DNA of 64,000 nt from a bacterium. Its GTDB lineage: Bacteria; Patescibacteriota; Microgenomatia; UBA1400; UBA12108. The stretch covers positions 14,754-78,753 of the forward strand of contig JAJYKS010000005.1 in NCBI GenBank assembly GCA_021788365.1. Reading direction: 5' to 3'. A program made the translations under genes and the position numbers. The notes beneath the pieces are model-generated. The model saw only the letters and a program-made list of their open reading frames with translations, did not search any database and had not been told where the DNA came from. Below, piece by piece: positions 51,680-59,859 of this stretch (position 1 is its first letter; each line of letters begins with the position of its first letter).

Positions 51680-53092
51680 CTACTTTTGAAAATAAACATT
51701 GCTGAGGGATAACGGGGTGGGATCTGGTATCGTGCCTTTGGTTTCGATGAGTATGCCGGAAATGGAGGCGAGGTTGATCGCGGAAGTGGGAACGGTGTTC
51801 TCGCTATTTTTGAGGTCAAAGGTATTTGACAGCTGATTATCGTAGGATTTGAACCGCAAGGTGAAGAGTTCAGGATGGGGAGTATCCAGCGTGAGATGGA
51901 AAGTTTGATAATCGGTAGGGACAATACGGCGGGAGGTATTGAAGTAAAGCCCGGCGTCATTGTGAAAGTTGGTGGTCACCGTACTTCCTAGGCTAAGTGA
52001 GAGCCCCCAGGAGTAGTCGGCAAATCCCGATTCGAGAAAATGGGAGTAGACATAGAGCTTGCTGGGATCGTTATTAAACGTAGGCTGGGGGTATGGATAC
52101 GTCGTGCCGGCAAGCGCGGCTTTGACAACTTGACCATAGGCAGAGGGGGTAAAGCTGCTTTCGTTCGAGAGCAGACATGGGCAGCCGGTGGCCGTAAAGT
52201 GCCAGGCAGTCCAGCTAAGATGAAGATCGTTTGCGTACCCTAAGAGGTTTTTGACGTCGGGGAGTGTCATGCTGAGGTCGTTTTCGGTACCGAACTCACC
52301 GATAAAAACGGGATACTTTTCTGCAATACGGCCAAAGTAACTCTCGAACTCGCCGGTTTTGTTGTAGGGATTGGTGCGATAGACGATGTTCTCAAACGGC
52401 AGAGGGTTGGCGAGCCAGGCGTTTACGTCGCGACCCCAATCGAGACCTGTGACCATGATGAGGGAATTGGGGGCGACCGCGCGGATCTTGGGGATGAGCC
52501 GCATATATTCGTCGCGTAGTTGCTGAAACGTAGCATCGCGGGGTTCGGCCAGGAGATCATAGATGATGTGGGGATCACTCTCGTAGCGCTTGGCGACAGC
52601 GAGCCACATGGCTTCGCCATTTTTGTCGGGGAAGGAATCGTTTTGCCCGAACCATGGGTGGATAACTACGTACATTCCATTTTGACGGGCTGGGGCGAGA
52701 ATTTCACGTTCAAGATCGAGGAAGAACTGGCCGTAGCCAGCGGAATATTCACTTTCGTAAATCCTGGTACGGATGACGTTGACATGCCAGTCCTGGGCGG
52801 CTGTGGCCATCGCTTGCGGATTCCAGGTGGCGTACTTACTACCCCAGTTGGTGCTGATTAGGTTGACGCCGCGGAGAAGAACAGGCTTGCCGTTACTATC
52901 GACAATGTTCGTACCCTCTGTATGGAGCGGTGAAAGTGTTGGGTATTGTGCATTTCGGTGAGCATAATCGTATTGAGCAAGAGCTATTTCTGGAGAAAAG
53001 TGCTTGAACCCTAGATATAAAAGCGGAGAAAAGACGAGAAGAACAATCAAAAGGATTTCGAGACGCACAAGGAACACTTTCATACGTTCCAT
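51680..53092 (-). CDS. Secreted glycoside hydrolase, clan GH-A (cellulase-like, GH5-type) with C-terminal extra domain
   Basis: Signal anchor, catalytic nucleophile motif IGEFGTEND, acid/base-region LLAEPRD (N-to-A variant of NEP), Trp-rich substrate-binding motifs. Confidence 0.55.
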   Translation of the reverse strand: MERMKVFLVRLEILLIVLLVFSPLLYLGFKHFSPEIALAQYDYAHRNAQYPTLSPLHTEGTNIVDSNGKPVLLRGVNLISTNWGSKYATWNPQAMATAAQDWHVNVIRTRIYESEYSAGYGQFFLDLEREILAPARQNGMYVVIHPWFGQNDSFPDKNGEAMWLAVAKRYESDPHIIYDLLAEPRDATFQQLRDEYMRLIPKIRAVAPNSLIMVTGLDWGRDVNAWLANPLPFENIVYRTNPYNKTGEFESYFGRIAEKYPVFIGEFGTENDLSMTLPDVKNLLGYANDLHLSWTAWHFTATGCPCLLSNESSFTPSAYGQVVKAALAGTTYPYPQPTFNNDPSKLYVYSHFLESGFADYSWGLSLSLGSTVTTNFHNDAGLYFNTSRRIVPTDYQTFHLTLDTPHPELFTLRFKSYDNQLSNTFDLKNSENTVPTSAINLASISGILIETKGTIPDPTPLSLSNVYFQK

Positions 53093-53180
53093 GATAGCAG
53101 AGTTCGATAAAATTTTGCCCTAGTTTGAGTGGGAAAGTTGGCTTGCGCGAGAAAACCTATTTGCGGTACGGTAGGGAGGT

Positions 53181-53750
53181 ATGGCAAAGCGAGGGAAGCT
53201 GACGGTTGTATATGGGCCGATGTTTGCGGGGAAGACGACGTGGCTGGTGCGGCATACGGAGAAATTGCAGAAAGCCGGAAAACAGGTATCGGTGTTTAGT
53301 CCGAAATTGGACGACCGATATGGGAAGGACGCTCATCTCCACGCCCACAGCGGACTCTCGACTGCGGCTACTCTAGTGGATGAAAAGCATGTGGGAGCGA
53401 TGCGTGACGAATTTGCGAGACTGGGAGCGGGGGCGACGGCAATATTCGACGAGGCAATGTTTTTTGCGACGGATATTGTGGATACGGTTACGAGTCTACT
53501 GGAGCAAGGGGTGGATGTCGTGGCCGCTGGACTCGATCTCGACTATCGTAGGCAACCATTTGGCGTGATGCCAACCCTCATGGCTATGGCTGACGAAGCG
53601 GTGCCGCTCACTGCGCAATGCTACAAGTGTGGGGAAACTGCTGCCTATACGGAGCGGCTTGCCGGCGGTGAAGGGGAGATAGTTGTGGGTGCAGCAGATA
53701 AATATCAGCCGGCGTGCGAGCGCTGTCACCAGGTGTATGCAGAGGCATAG
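53181..53750 (+). CDS. tdk: Thymidine kinase (TK1 type)
   Basis: P-loop GPMFAGKTT, FDEAMFF, C-terminal zinc ribbon CYKCGETA...CERCHQ. Confidence 0.85.
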   Translation: MAKRGKLTVVYGPMFAGKTTWLVRHTEKLQKAGKQVSVFSPKLDDRYGKDAHLHAHSGLSTAATLVDEKHVGAMRDEFARLGAGATAIFDEAMFFATDIVDTVTSLLEQGVDVVAAGLDLDYRRQPFGVMPTLMAMADEAVPLTAQCYKCGETAAYTERLAGGEGEIVVGAADKYQPACERCHQVYAEA

Positions 53751-54417
53751 CGATTTCCCGTATTTGCGTAGGCGACGGCAGGGGGCGGGGCTGCGTATTG
53801 AAATAGCCGCAGACTCTATGCGAGTGGGGAAGACCACGGCGGTGAAAGTGCTGGCGGAGGGACTACAAAAGCTAGGACATGAGGTCACCGAGAGCTACGA
53901 GGACTGGGCACACAACCCGTACCTAAAGGGTAGCTATAGCGACCCGGCGAAGAATTTCTTGGAAAGCCAAAAATGGTTTGTCCACCGGAAATGGGAACAG
54001 ATACGGGATGGAGGAGGTAACGGAATCTTTATTCAGGACGTGGCGCCGGAGATGGACTATTGCTACGCCGAAACGAACCGGCGACTTGCGCGAATGAGCG
54101 AGGAGCACTTTGGCGAGTATCGAAAATTCTTCTATGAGCTGGATTGGGGCGCGGCGCCGGCGCCCCACCTCCTCGTGTATCTGACCGCGAGCGACGACGT
54201 GCTCCTCGCGCGCGCGATGAGTGCGCGGCGCGAGTTCGAGACAGTGGACGAAGCGTATTTCCTCACGATGAAACGGGTGAACAGGGAGTGGGTGGAGGGA
54301 GCAAGGGAGCGGTATAGGGTACTTATGGTGGACACAGATGCACTCGATTATGCTCATAACCAGATGGCAAAAAATAAACTCGTCGAAAAAGTAGCTAGTA
54401 CTCTGGAAATGACCTAG
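53737..54417 (+). CDS. Deoxynucleoside kinase (dAK/dGK/dCK family)
   Basis: P-loop IEIAADSMRVGKTT, ERE/DRY-like region, lid Arg motifs. Start set at ATG 53737; it overlaps the tdk 3' end. Confidence 0.65.
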   Translation: MQRHSDFPYLRRRRQGAGLRIEIAADSMRVGKTTAVKVLAEGLQKLGHEVTESYEDWAHNPYLKGSYSDPAKNFLESQKWFVHRKWEQIRDGGGNGIFIQDVAPEMDYCYAETNRRLARMSEEHFGEYRKFFYELDWGAAPAPHLLVYLTASDDVLLARAMSARREFETVDEAYFLTMKRVNREWVEGARERYRVLMVDTDALDYAHNQMAKNKLVEKVASTLEMT

Positions 54418-54456
54418 TTTGATACATTCACAAAATATGTAATAAGTGAGTATAAT

Positions 54457-54496
54457 GAGCTCTCAATGAGAGACGAAAGTAGCTCGTTGTTTTTTT
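54457..54496 (+). terminator. Hairpin + T7 run after the tdk/dNK operon
   Basis: GAGCTCTCAATGAGAGACGAAAGTAGCTC then GTTGTTTTTTT. Promoter-like TTCACA-17-TATAAT (54428-54456) lies immediately upstream. Confidence 0.5.
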
Positions 54497-54578
54497 GTAA
54501 CGAAATTATGCCTTATTACGGCCGCCTTGCGGTCGTTTTTGTAGATGAAGGAGGACCCCGCTAGGCGGGGTTTCTTGT

Positions 54579-55667
54579 ATGGTGCTCGCGGCATATATTG
54601 AAACTCCTACTGAAATGTTTTTGGCACAACCGTTGTACTTTACCGGCACGCCGTGGAAGGCAACGAGGGCGGATCAAAATATAAGTAGATTGTGGAAATC
54701 GCATAAATCTAGGTTTTCGACTAGATTTCAACGAGGAATCGGTTTTCCTGACAGTGTAAAAATGCTTCCTTTCTCTGTAAAAGAGGCTGATACGATGATA
54801 GCTCAACATGATTTGCTGGGAGATAAAGCTGCAAAGCAAATTGCTGCCATGTGGTTGCAGCTTTCTGGTGTGCCTCTCAGTGATACAGCTGATGAAGTTT
54901 ATATGCCAGAGGAAGTCGTGAGTGCTGTCCTTAGTGGTTCAGTCTTGGCAGCCCTTTCCGGTGACACTGCTGTGAGTGAGATAGCAGAGGGCCATAATGG
55001 CAACACGTTGAGACGGCTCAACGTGTATTTCCCTGAAATCAAGAGGGGTACGACTGCGAGTGATCGCAAAAGTGACTTAAGAGATTTTGTTCTAGATAAG
55101 TGGGAAGTTTTGTTTGGGGGATTGGGTGAGAATGAACCGGTAACTCGTGCTATTGTCTCTGGGTTTGCATTGAGTACATTTAGGTTTGAACCTGTTGCAG
55201 CTGTAACAGCCCGTTGTAAAGTAGCAAAAATTAAGCAACGCGAGCCAGAAATATACACAGGTACAACTGCAGCTGGTGTACACATGAATCGACACCCCTT
55301 AGCTACGGAAAAAGGTAGAAAAGAGATGCTAAATTTTGTCATCCGTTCCCGTAAAGAGGAGTCGGGTATGTCGGCGGAGGAAGCACTGCAAGATTTGCAT
55401 GGTAGACCTGATGCGTTGAAATTTGGAGACTTTTTGGCATTTTTGGGGTGGGTAGGAATAAAGCATGAGACATTACTTGATGTTCCAAATGGGATGACGG
55501 AGCGGGCTGCAATCGAAGAGATTGGTGAGAATGGCAATTATGACTTGTTTAGGGATTTCTTGCTGGCAATACATACTCGAGCGAAGAATGGTTCGTTAGT
55601 CCCAGGTGCTGTTATACGTTCATATCCGAATCATTCAGACGCGAGGAAATATTTGCCGGCATGTTGA
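54579..55667 (+). CDS. Hypothetical protein (362 aa; start uncertain)
   Basis: Clean ORF. SD-like GAAGGAGGA at 54547-54555 is separated from the ATG by a GC hairpin (ACCCCGC-tag-GCGGGGT). Alternative starts at 54615 or 54762. Confidence 0.45.
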   Translation: MVLAAYIETPTEMFLAQPLYFTGTPWKATRADQNISRLWKSHKSRFSTRFQRGIGFPDSVKMLPFSVKEADTMIAQHDLLGDKAAKQIAAMWLQLSGVPLSDTADEVYMPEEVVSAVLSGSVLAALSGDTAVSEIAEGHNGNTLRRLNVYFPEIKRGTTASDRKSDLRDFVLDKWEVLFGGLGENEPVTRAIVSGFALSTFRFEPVAAVTARCKVAKIKQREPEIYTGTTAAGVHMNRHPLATEKGRKEMLNFVIRSRKEESGMSAEEALQDLHGRPDALKFGDFLAFLGWVGIKHETLLDVPNGMTERAAIEEIGENGNYDLFRDFLLAIHTRAKNGSLVPGAVIRSYPNHSDARKYLPAC

Positions 55668-55697
55668 TTTTTGGCTGAAAGGAGATAGAATCCTCAC

Positions 55698-55928
55698 ATG
55701 ATTACAATTGAAGAGGCTATATCAAGGGGGGCGTTGGTAGATCCACCAGGTGAAACTCCCTATGACCAAATCCCGGCTGAATTTCGTTTGCTAACACCAA
55801 TCGGGAGAGGTCTTTTTCAAGTTGTGGATATTCGTTATTGTCAGAACGGAGCGATGGAGCACGGCCATATGGTGCAATGCGATAACGTTCAGGCTCAGGA
55901 AGATTTAGAAGACCACATACACGGCTAA
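55698..55928 (+). CDS. Small hypothetical protein (76 aa)
   Basis: ORF between the hypothetical gene and the convergent glyA; SD-like GAAAGGAGA upstream. Confidence 0.35.
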   Translation: MITIEEAISRGALVDPPGETPYDQIPAEFRLLTPIGRGLFQVVDIRYCQNGAMEHGHMVQCDNVQAQEDLEDHIHG

Positions 55929-55936
55929 GTAAGTTG

Positions 55937-57154
55937 TCAATTTTTCGCTAGTATTTCTGCAATTTTTCTTGCAACTTCAAGGAAGTCATTCTCTTTGTAA
56001 CCGCGGGTGGTGAGGAATGGGGAGCCGAGGCGGAGGCCGGAAGGGTTCCACGGCTTGCCGGACTCGAGGGGGACGGTATTTTTGTTCGCAATGATCTCGA
56101 CTTTTTCCAACGCGTTTTGGGCGTCTTTGCCGGTCCAGCCGCGGGAGCGGAGGTCGACGAGCACGAGATGTTTATCCGTGCCGCCGGAGACCACGTCGAA
56201 GCCGAGCTTCATGAGCTCGTCGGCTAGGGCCTGTGCGTTTTTGACGCACTGAGCTGCGTACCGCTTGAACTCCGGTTGCATGGCTTCGTGGAGCGCCACG
56301 CCGATGCCGGCAATTGAGTGGTTTTGTGGGCCGCCCTGCAGGCCAGGGAAAACGGCAAAGTCGATCTTGTCGGCGATGTCGTCACCAAGGAGTTTTTTAC
56401 TGGCGAAAATCATGGCGCCCACTGGGCCGCGGAGCGTTTTCCTGGTGGTCATCGTGACGAGGTGGGCGTAGGGGAAGGGACTACTGTTTGCGCCGCCCGC
56501 CACGAGGCCGGCTTCGTGGGCAATGTCGGCCATGTAGAGGGCACCGACCGTGTCGGCGATCTCGCGCATTTTTTTATGATCGATCTCTCGGGGGTAGGCG
56601 GTGCCGCCGGAGATGAGGATCTTGGGCTGTACCGCTTTGGCACGCGCCAGCACTTCGCCGTAATCAAAAACACGGGTTTCTTTGTTTACCGTATAAAAAT
56701 GGGTGTCATAGAGGCGGGAGGTGAAGCTAATAGGCTTACCTGTATCCGGCAGCTTCCAGCCGTGGGAGAGGTGGCCGCCGTCGTAAAGATTCATGCCCAG
56801 CATGCGATCACCGGGATTCATGACCGCCGTATAGGTGGCAAAGTTGGCGATCGCGCCGGTCGGGGGCTGCACGTTCACGTGCCACTCCGTATCTGCCAGG
56901 CCGAAAGCCTGCAAGGCACGGGACTCGGTTAAGCTTTCGATTTGATCGATGAACTGGTTGCCGGGATAGTAGCGCTTGTACGGCTGACCCTCGCTGTATT
57001 TGTTCATGAGCACAGAGCCGACCGCTTCTCGTACCGCGTCGGAGACCACGTTCTCGGAGGGGATGAGCTCGAGATCTTTTTCTTGGCGAGCCTCTTCGGA
57101 CTGTATGAGATTGTAGATTTCGGGGTCGGTTTTTTGCAGTGCGGAGTTGGTCAT
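55937..57154 (-). CDS. glyA: Serine hydroxymethyltransferase
   Basis: Full-length SHMT including the PLP-lysine region VTMTTRKTLRGP (cf. canonical TTTHKTLRGPRGG). Confidence 0.95.
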   Translation of the reverse strand: MTNSALQKTDPEIYNLIQSEEARQEKDLELIPSENVVSDAVREAVGSVLMNKYSEGQPYKRYYPGNQFIDQIESLTESRALQAFGLADTEWHVNVQPPTGAIANFATYTAVMNPGDRMLGMNLYDGGHLSHGWKLPDTGKPISFTSRLYDTHFYTVNKETRVFDYGEVLARAKAVQPKILISGGTAYPREIDHKKMREIADTVGALYMADIAHEAGLVAGGANSSPFPYAHLVTMTTRKTLRGPVGAMIFASKKLLGDDIADKIDFAVFPGLQGGPQNHSIAGIGVALHEAMQPEFKRYAAQCVKNAQALADELMKLGFDVVSGGTDKHLVLVDLRSRGWTGKDAQNALEKVEIIANKNTVPLESGKPWNPSGLRLGSPFLTTRGYKENDFLEVARKIAEILAKN

Positions 57155-57201
57155 GATGATTATTATACCTCGTGATATTTTGCTTTCACGCTACAAAAGC
57201 T

Positions 57202-57303
57202 CGCCGTATTCCCAAGTGAAAAACCGATCTGTCTGCGGCTGGTGCCGCAGCGATCTTGTGCTCGGATCAATCCTGCGCAATATTTTTCTTTGTGAACACG
57301 GCT
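57202..57303. repeat. Copy 3 of structured intergenic element
   Basis: ~90% identical to copy 1, with compensated changes in every helix: outer GCCGTATTC/GAACACGGC, GATC/GATC, CTGCGGC/GCCGCAG, GGATcaATCC. Lies ~50 nt upstream of the glyA start and is followed on the plus strand by CTTTTTT. Confidence 0.75.
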
Positions 57304-57387
57304 TCGCTTTTTTAACGCTACCGTTGCGAGACATACCAACATGTTTCAGGAATGTGTATTGGGGCAGGGCGTACAATAACTCATAGT

Positions 57388-58494
57388 ATGAACGATCAAG
57401 TTTTGCCAGTACCAAAGTGGAATATCCCCATAGATTCTCCATTTCTTGGGAAGCGGGATTTCTTGCGGGACGACGGGCAGCCGTTTTGGGAATATCTTTC
57501 GGCGCATGAGATACCCTTTGATAAAGACGATTTTCCTTTCCTCACCAACCACAAGGTGCCCAAGGTAAAGGAACTCTTTGATTTTTCCCAATTTATGGCG
57601 CTTACGGGTAAGGGTGAAGCACTTTCACGTCTCTATGGCTCGATGGGTAGAGCGTGGGACTATGTGGGACCTGTCCTCGATTCTGAGTTTAAGCATGGGT
57701 TTAACGATCATACCGATCGGCACACATTGTGGGTAACGCAAAATACGGTGGAGCTCTTACAACGCGCGGGTCATAGTTGGGGCAACCACGGGGGTAAGTA
57801 CGACGCAGAGACGGAAGTCTTGGCAACGCTCGTGGGGATGACCCATGACCTTGGTAATTTTGTATCGCGAAAAGTACACTCCATGTACTCTGCGTGGCTC
57901 CTGACGCGGCTTTTTTACAACACCGCAGCGCGGCAGCAAGAGTGGAACGCTGCGATGTTTACTATTCTCTTTCACGAAGAGCCAATGCTTGCGGACCTCC
58001 ACGTAAATCTCTCAGACGGTTTGCCCTTGCAATGGGCCCTCGTGGCTGCAGACAAGATGCATGTCGGGCGAGACCGCATAGGCGACAGGTCGTATGAGTC
58101 GGGGGTACGGAACCATGCTTTGGAGGAAGATGTTCACATTCTTCTCAACGCGCTTGTTGCCCGTAGTGCGTGGGTACTGTCGGCCTCGGCCTTTGTATGG
58201 CACCTGGACTTTGAGGTAGAGCAACTTGAGGAAAAGTTTGCAAGCTTTACCCGGAACGGCAAAATCTGGATGCCGCCTGACTTTTACGACAAATATCGCG
58301 CCGGGCAGCCGTATCGTGAGATTTTTGCAGAACTCTTTCTATCAGTGTACGAAGCGCGGATACGGATGGCAGCGACGTCTATTTTTCTTTTATTTCCCTA
58401 TATTAACAAGTTTCAAGTGTTCTTGTCGGACGCAAAACGAAGTCCAGGGACGACGCCACCTGGGGAAATGTTGGTTTGTGAAGTCGTAAGATAA
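57388..58494 (+). CDS. HD-domain phosphohydrolase-like protein
   Basis: H...HD pattern (DHTDRHTLWV ... THDLGN). Start at internal ATG 57388. Confidence 0.45.
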   Translation: MNDQVLPVPKWNIPIDSPFLGKRDFLRDDGQPFWEYLSAHEIPFDKDDFPFLTNHKVPKVKELFDFSQFMALTGKGEALSRLYGSMGRAWDYVGPVLDSEFKHGFNDHTDRHTLWVTQNTVELLQRAGHSWGNHGGKYDAETEVLATLVGMTHDLGNFVSRKVHSMYSAWLLTRLFYNTAARQQEWNAAMFTILFHEEPMLADLHVNLSDGLPLQWALVAADKMHVGRDRIGDRSYESGVRNHALEEDVHILLNALVARSAWVLSASAFVWHLDFEVEQLEEKFASFTRNGKIWMPPDFYDKYRAGQPYREIFAELFLSVYEARIRMAATSIFLLFPYINKFQVFLSDAKRSPGTTPPGEMLVCEVVR

Positions 58495-58538
58495 GTGATT
58501 TGCCTGTTAATATTGCGTATATTTTTGCTAACGACTCC

Positions 58539-58619
58539 GCTCCTTTCAGGGAAAATCTTCCTTACTCGCTTTGCTTGTGCGTCGATTTTCCTTGGGCGGT
58601 GCTCATATATCGCAAAAAT
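58539..58619 (+). promoter_or_regulatory. ~80-nt conserved upstream element (copy C) ending 34 nt before folD
   Basis: GCTCCTTTCAGGGAAAAT ...59 nt... GGTGCTCATATATCGCAAAAAT, co-linear with 23165-23246. TATAAT at 58641-58646 lies 6 nt before the folD ATG (leaderless candidate). Confidence 0.5.
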
Positions 58620-58652
58620 ACATGCAATATTACATGGCGATATAATGGAGGT

Positions 58653-59438
58653 ATGTTATTTGATGGGAAACAGTTTGCACGTGAGATAGAAGAACAGGTG
58701 GGTGCGCACGTAACCAGTCTTGTACGGGCACCGAAGGTGGTAAGTATTCTTGTGGGAGACGACCCAGCGAGCGAACTCTATACACGACTCAAGAAACAGG
58801 CAGCGGAGCGAGTGGGGGTAGACTTTGCAGTAAAAAAATACACCACTGAAAAAGTGAAAAATTTGGAAGCAGAGATCGCGGAATTGGGGGCGCGGGAGGA
58901 TGTGACTGGCGTGATGGTGCAACTGCCGCTGCCAGAGCCACTTAGGGGTTTCTCCTCTAAGTATATCAAAATGATACCACTTACAAAAGACGTCGACGGA
59001 TTACGATGGGAAGAATCCAAGATTATGCCGGCGACGGTGCGCGCAATTCTTTCCGTTCTGGAAAGAATTGCTAAGGATTCTAGAAGAGAGATACTAGATT
59101 CTAGATTTGTCGTCGTGGGAGCAAGAGGCTCTGTGGGGAGACCGCTGGCGCACTACTTGCGAGAGCGGAGGATAGAGGTTGCGGAGGTGGAGTGGGACAC
59201 GCCGGATCCGGCGAAGATAACGCGAGGGGGCGATGTTGTTATTTCTTGTACAGGGAAGGCGGGGATAGTTACGGGGGGAATGGTAAAAAACGGTGTTGTA
59301 GCTCTCGATGTTGGCTCGCCAAAGGGAGATATGACACAAGAAGTGTATGAGAAGGCGTCGGTTGCTGTACCTGTGCCTGGTGGGGTGGGGCCGGTGACGA
59401 TCGCTTGCCTTATGGCAAATGCTTTAGATCTATTTTGA
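58653..59438 (+). CDS. folD: Bifunctional methylenetetrahydrofolate dehydrogenase/cyclohydrolase
   Basis: ASELYTRLKKQAAERVG, MVQLPLPEP, VVGARGSVGRPLA Rossmann motif, PVPGGVGPVT. Confidence 0.9.
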   Translation: MLFDGKQFAREIEEQVGAHVTSLVRAPKVVSILVGDDPASELYTRLKKQAAERVGVDFAVKKYTTEKVKNLEAEIAELGAREDVTGVMVQLPLPEPLRGFSSKYIKMIPLTKDVDGLRWEESKIMPATVRAILSVLERIAKDSRREILDSRFVVVGARGSVGRPLAHYLRERRIEVAEVEWDTPDPAKITRGGDVVISCTGKAGIVTGGMVKNGVVALDVGSPKGDMTQEVYEKASVAVPVPGGVGPVTIACLMANALDLF

Positions 59439-59462
59439 TTTCTTTTGATATTTTTGTAACTA

Positions 59463-59491
59463 TTGACCGATGTGTATTTATTACGCATAAT
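59463..59491 (+). promoter_or_regulatory. Sigma-70-type promoter TTGACC-17-CATAAT
   Basis: -35 at 59463-59468, 17-nt spacer, -10 at 59486-59491. Drives the small ORF at 59528. Confidence 0.5.
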
Positions 59492-59527
59492 TCTGTTTCG
59501 TCACATGTCTAGTGAAAGGAGTTTTTT

Positions 59528-59764
59528 ATGTTATTTGCAGTGGAATTTCAACATTTAGCGAACACGTACCAGGATCCTAATACCCAACCGGGTAGCGCTA
59601 ATGATGGTGGCGGGATTGGTAGAGCTGGTGGCTATAGAGATCACGGCCCAAAAGATAAGTTCTGTAGTTTCTTTTTGGAGCCAATCGCTCCAGCGTTAAT
59701 ATGGGCTTTATCCCCGATCGCGGAAAATTTGCACCTTCCACCCATGAACCCACGGACATTGTGA
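59528..59764 (+). CDS. Small Gly-rich hypothetical protein (78 aa)
   Basis: SD AAAGGAG 7 nt upstream of the ATG, with its own promoter upstream. No known domain. Confidence 0.4.
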   Translation: MLFAVEFQHLANTYQDPNTQPGSANDGGGIGRAGGYRDHGPKDKFCSFFLEPIAPALIWALSPIAENLHLPPMNPRTL

Positions 59765-59769
59765 TATAA
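59761..59769 (+). promoter_or_regulatory. Extended -10 promoter element (TGaTATAAT) for rpsB, followed by structured ~85-nt leader
   Basis: TGATATAAT at 59761-59769. The leader contains hairpin GTCCTCC-caa-GGAGGAC (59829-59845) just 5' of SD AAGGAGA (59849-59855). Confidence 0.45.
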
Positions 59770-59859
59770 TTCCAGGGTTATTTATTTCGCATCTAGAGAT
59801 GATCTCCTGACAAAGAATCTCTAGAGAGGGTCCTCCCAAGGAGGACAGAAGGAGACACT

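Noticed and set aside
54428-54456. TTCACA-17-TATAAT as a promoter for a tiny transcript ending at the 54457-54496 hairpin
   Set aside because: A transcript starting there would begin inside the terminator stem. The hairpin+T7 is more parsimoniously the terminator of the tdk/dNK operon; the hexamers may still serve the downstream gene.
57202-57303. Element upstream of glyA as a ZTP (pfl) or glycine riboswitch
   Set aside because: No match to the ZTP pseudoknot consensus or glycine aptamer motifs, and the same element precedes efp and an M50 protease.
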